A stretch of 38,070 nucleotides of DNA, taken from NCBI GenBank assembly GCA_023515795.1, contig JALGPX010000027.1, forward strand, positions 62,001 to 100,070. The letters are read 5' to 3'. The stretch is from Amoeboaphelidium occidentale. Taxonomy: Eukaryota. The position numbers and the translations under genes are program-made. The notes beneath the pieces were generated by a model. It saw only the letters and a list, made by a program, of their open reading frames with translations. It had not been told where the DNA came from and did no database searches. Below, piece after piece: positions 36,331 through 38,070 of this stretch (the stretch's first letter is position 1; each line of letters starts with the position of its first letter).

Positions 36331-38070
36331 AATTTGTATGATCTTGAGAATTTTTCTGGTCTGACTCCCTTGCATGCATTCACTGAGATGAAAACTTCTC
36401 TGATGTTCACTGCGGCATTGACATCTCTGTTCCAAACGATGTTGCAGTTATCATATCGTTTCACGTGCCACATTCCCCTCTTTGGTAACGGTTCCTTGCA
36501 TTTACAACAAAGCATGCTTGTTCTGAACTCATCAACAAGTCTCATGGGAATCTTCCTCTGTTTCAATGCGTTGATCAAAGAACGTCTAGGAATCGGATGA
36601 TGTCCACGAGAAGTACTACTAAACTGACCGCCACCAAAAGCAACAAACACATTATTGTATGAACGGCTATGTTTAGCATTAGCACCTTTGTGACCAAGAT
36701 AACATTTCCTTTCAGTTTTGCCAATAATTCGATTCACTATTAAATCAAGAGCTTGTTGTCGTTTGATACTTGATCTCTTTCGCAACTGCCTCCATTGCCT
36801 GGAACCATAAAAGTCAAGCCATAAATTCAAATGAGCAAAGAGATAAAAGAAATGATTATGTAGATCCGAAACATGGGATACCTTTGATGTAGGTACATTG
36901 GAATTTGCATTCACAATGTCATTTCGTTTCTTCAACCAATTCTCTCGTTTCTTCTTTGCTGCTGTAATACCCGCCATTTGTCTCCATTCTTTACCAGTAA
37001 CCTGAAACTTCTGTTTACCATCATACGCCATAAACAAGTCTTTTTTGTTTGGATCAATACCAACTGCAGTCCTATCCTTTAAATCCACTGGTGAGTATAC
37101 TTTTGGGTCTTCTATACTATATCCGAATTCATGAATGGTAGATTCTGTTTTCAATATTTGTTTTTTTAAATTAAAATGCAATGAGATCCCATCAGTACTT
37201 ATTGAATAGCTGAAATACCGATTTTTAGGGACAACTTGTTTCAGACGCAGAACCTTTCCCCATTCTTCCTCCGCATTGGCCAAAAACCTCTGAACAGGAC
37301 TGACGTAAATTTTAGGTTGTTGGTGAATATTATTAGATGCGGACTGCAGAGGATCTTTCTTTGAGTTTATATTCAAGTTTCTACTCAACTCGTAGAGCCC
37401 ACTTGTATCAATAGTCACGAAACCGTTTCGAATTTGAGCCAAGGGAACTAAGTTAAATAATTTCAATCCTCTTCCACGCCTCTGTTCCTGGGCTCTACTC
37501 TCACAGTCTTTTGGTCCATATTCTTCAAAATGTCTCAGGATCCCCCACATTAATCCAAAGTATTTATCCCAATTTGTTTTCACAGAGACAGTATTCAAAC
37601 ACAGACCAGCACAATGCGTATGTTGTAGCAGAATTGAATAAACATCGATTAATGCCAAATCTAATTCTTGTTCCAGACCTTTCTTCTTACAAAACTCCAC
37701 TAACTTCTTTTGAAGAGAGGGTCTCTTGCGTTCTTTTTCTGATGGTTCTTCGTATAGTAGACATGACATTAAGTAAGTAGCAGCTGCTTTGCTTCGGGCA
37801 CAGTTTTTGAAAACAGCCGGTAATTGAATCTCCAACAAATGCCTCGCCCATCTGTGTACTCGTCCCCAAAGAGTTGTAGAAACATATACTTGGCAATTTG
37901 TCTGGTACTGCATGACTACTGTGTCGATTGACTTAGATAGTCCTTCGATAGACGGCAAATCGCATTGGCGTATCTTCGCAAGCATCACATACTCTGTTGA
38001 GAACAAGAGTTCCAAGGACAGATCGTAGAGGAGCCACTCAGTAAGAGTTCTCTGTAGATACTGTACATTA
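36186..38070 (-). mobile_element. Putative Fanzor-carrying transposable element (right end only)
   Basis: Fanzor ORF plus structured 3' end. No transposase, left end or TSD visible in the window. Confidence 0.45.
36309..38069 (-). CDS. Fanzor (Fanzor1-like, eukaryotic TnpB-family RNA-guided nuclease), 5' end beyond window
   Basis: ISTDGISL, RuvC-I AVGIDPNKKDL, VAFGGGQF, RuvC-II LVDEFRTSMLCCKC, RuvC-III WNRDVNAAVNI. Intronless; frame stays open from 38015 to the window edge (at least 586 aa). Confidence 0.92.
   Translation of the reverse strand, partial: NVQYLQRTLTEWLLYDLSLELLFSTEYVMLAKIRQCDLPSIEGLSKSIDTVVMQYQTNCQVYVSTTLWGRVHRWARHLLEIQLPAVFKNCARSKAAATYLMSCLLYEEPSEKERKRPSLQKKLVEFCKKKGLEQELDLALIDVYSILLQHTHCAGLCLNTVSVKTNWDKYFGLMWGILRHFEEYGPKDCESRAQEQRRGRGLKLFNLVPLAQIRNGFVTIDTSGLYELSRNLNINSKKDPLQSASNNIHQQPKIYVSPVQRFLANAEEEWGKVLRLKQVVPKNRYFSYSISTDGISLHFNLKKQILKTESTIHEFGYSIEDPKVYSPVDLKDRTAVGIDPNKKDLFMAYDGKQKFQVTGKEWRQMAGITAAKKKRENWLKKRNDIVNANSNVPTSKVSHVSDLHNHFFYLFAHLNLWLDFYGSRQWRQLRKRSSIKRQQALDLIVNRIIGKTERKCYLGHKGANAKHSRSYNNVFVAFGGGQFSSTSRGHHPIPRRSLINALKQRKIPMRLVDEFRTSMLCCKCKEPLPKRGMWHVKRYDNCNIVWNRDVNAAVNIREVFISVNACKGVRPEKFSRSYKFCSSTNA

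Overview
Gene-dense eukaryotic nuclear DNA in the standard genetic code, with very short GT-AG introns (mostly 29-49 nt) and tiny intergenic gaps. The gene content suggests an early-diverging fungus or fungal relative, possibly aphelid-like (inference, not verified). In order: partial PXA-domain gene, HSP90, COG4, MTR4, RPC31, SERCA Ca-ATPase, WD40-TM-kinase receptor-like kinase, ATP1, mitochondrial bL21, secreted/lysosomal-type GH38 alpha-mannosidase, two tandem XK-related genes, a divergent MEF2-type MADS factor, an orphan ORF, a half-fimbrin/coiled-coil protein, a putative glycosyltransferase-like protein, a DEDH Argonaute and a convergent Fanzor (eukaryotic TnpB-like RuvC nuclease). Highlights: (1) the Fanzor with a structured candidate omegaRNA ending about 75 bp from the Argonaute stop codon; (2) two box C/D snoRNAs inside the only two long introns, both in MTR4, with guides matching the conserved rRNA sites LSU Am2256 and SSU Am541 (yeast numbering); (3) a receptor-like kinase whose kinase domain stops just after helix F. 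Five N-gaps are flanked by near-identical duplications that look like assembly overlaps.
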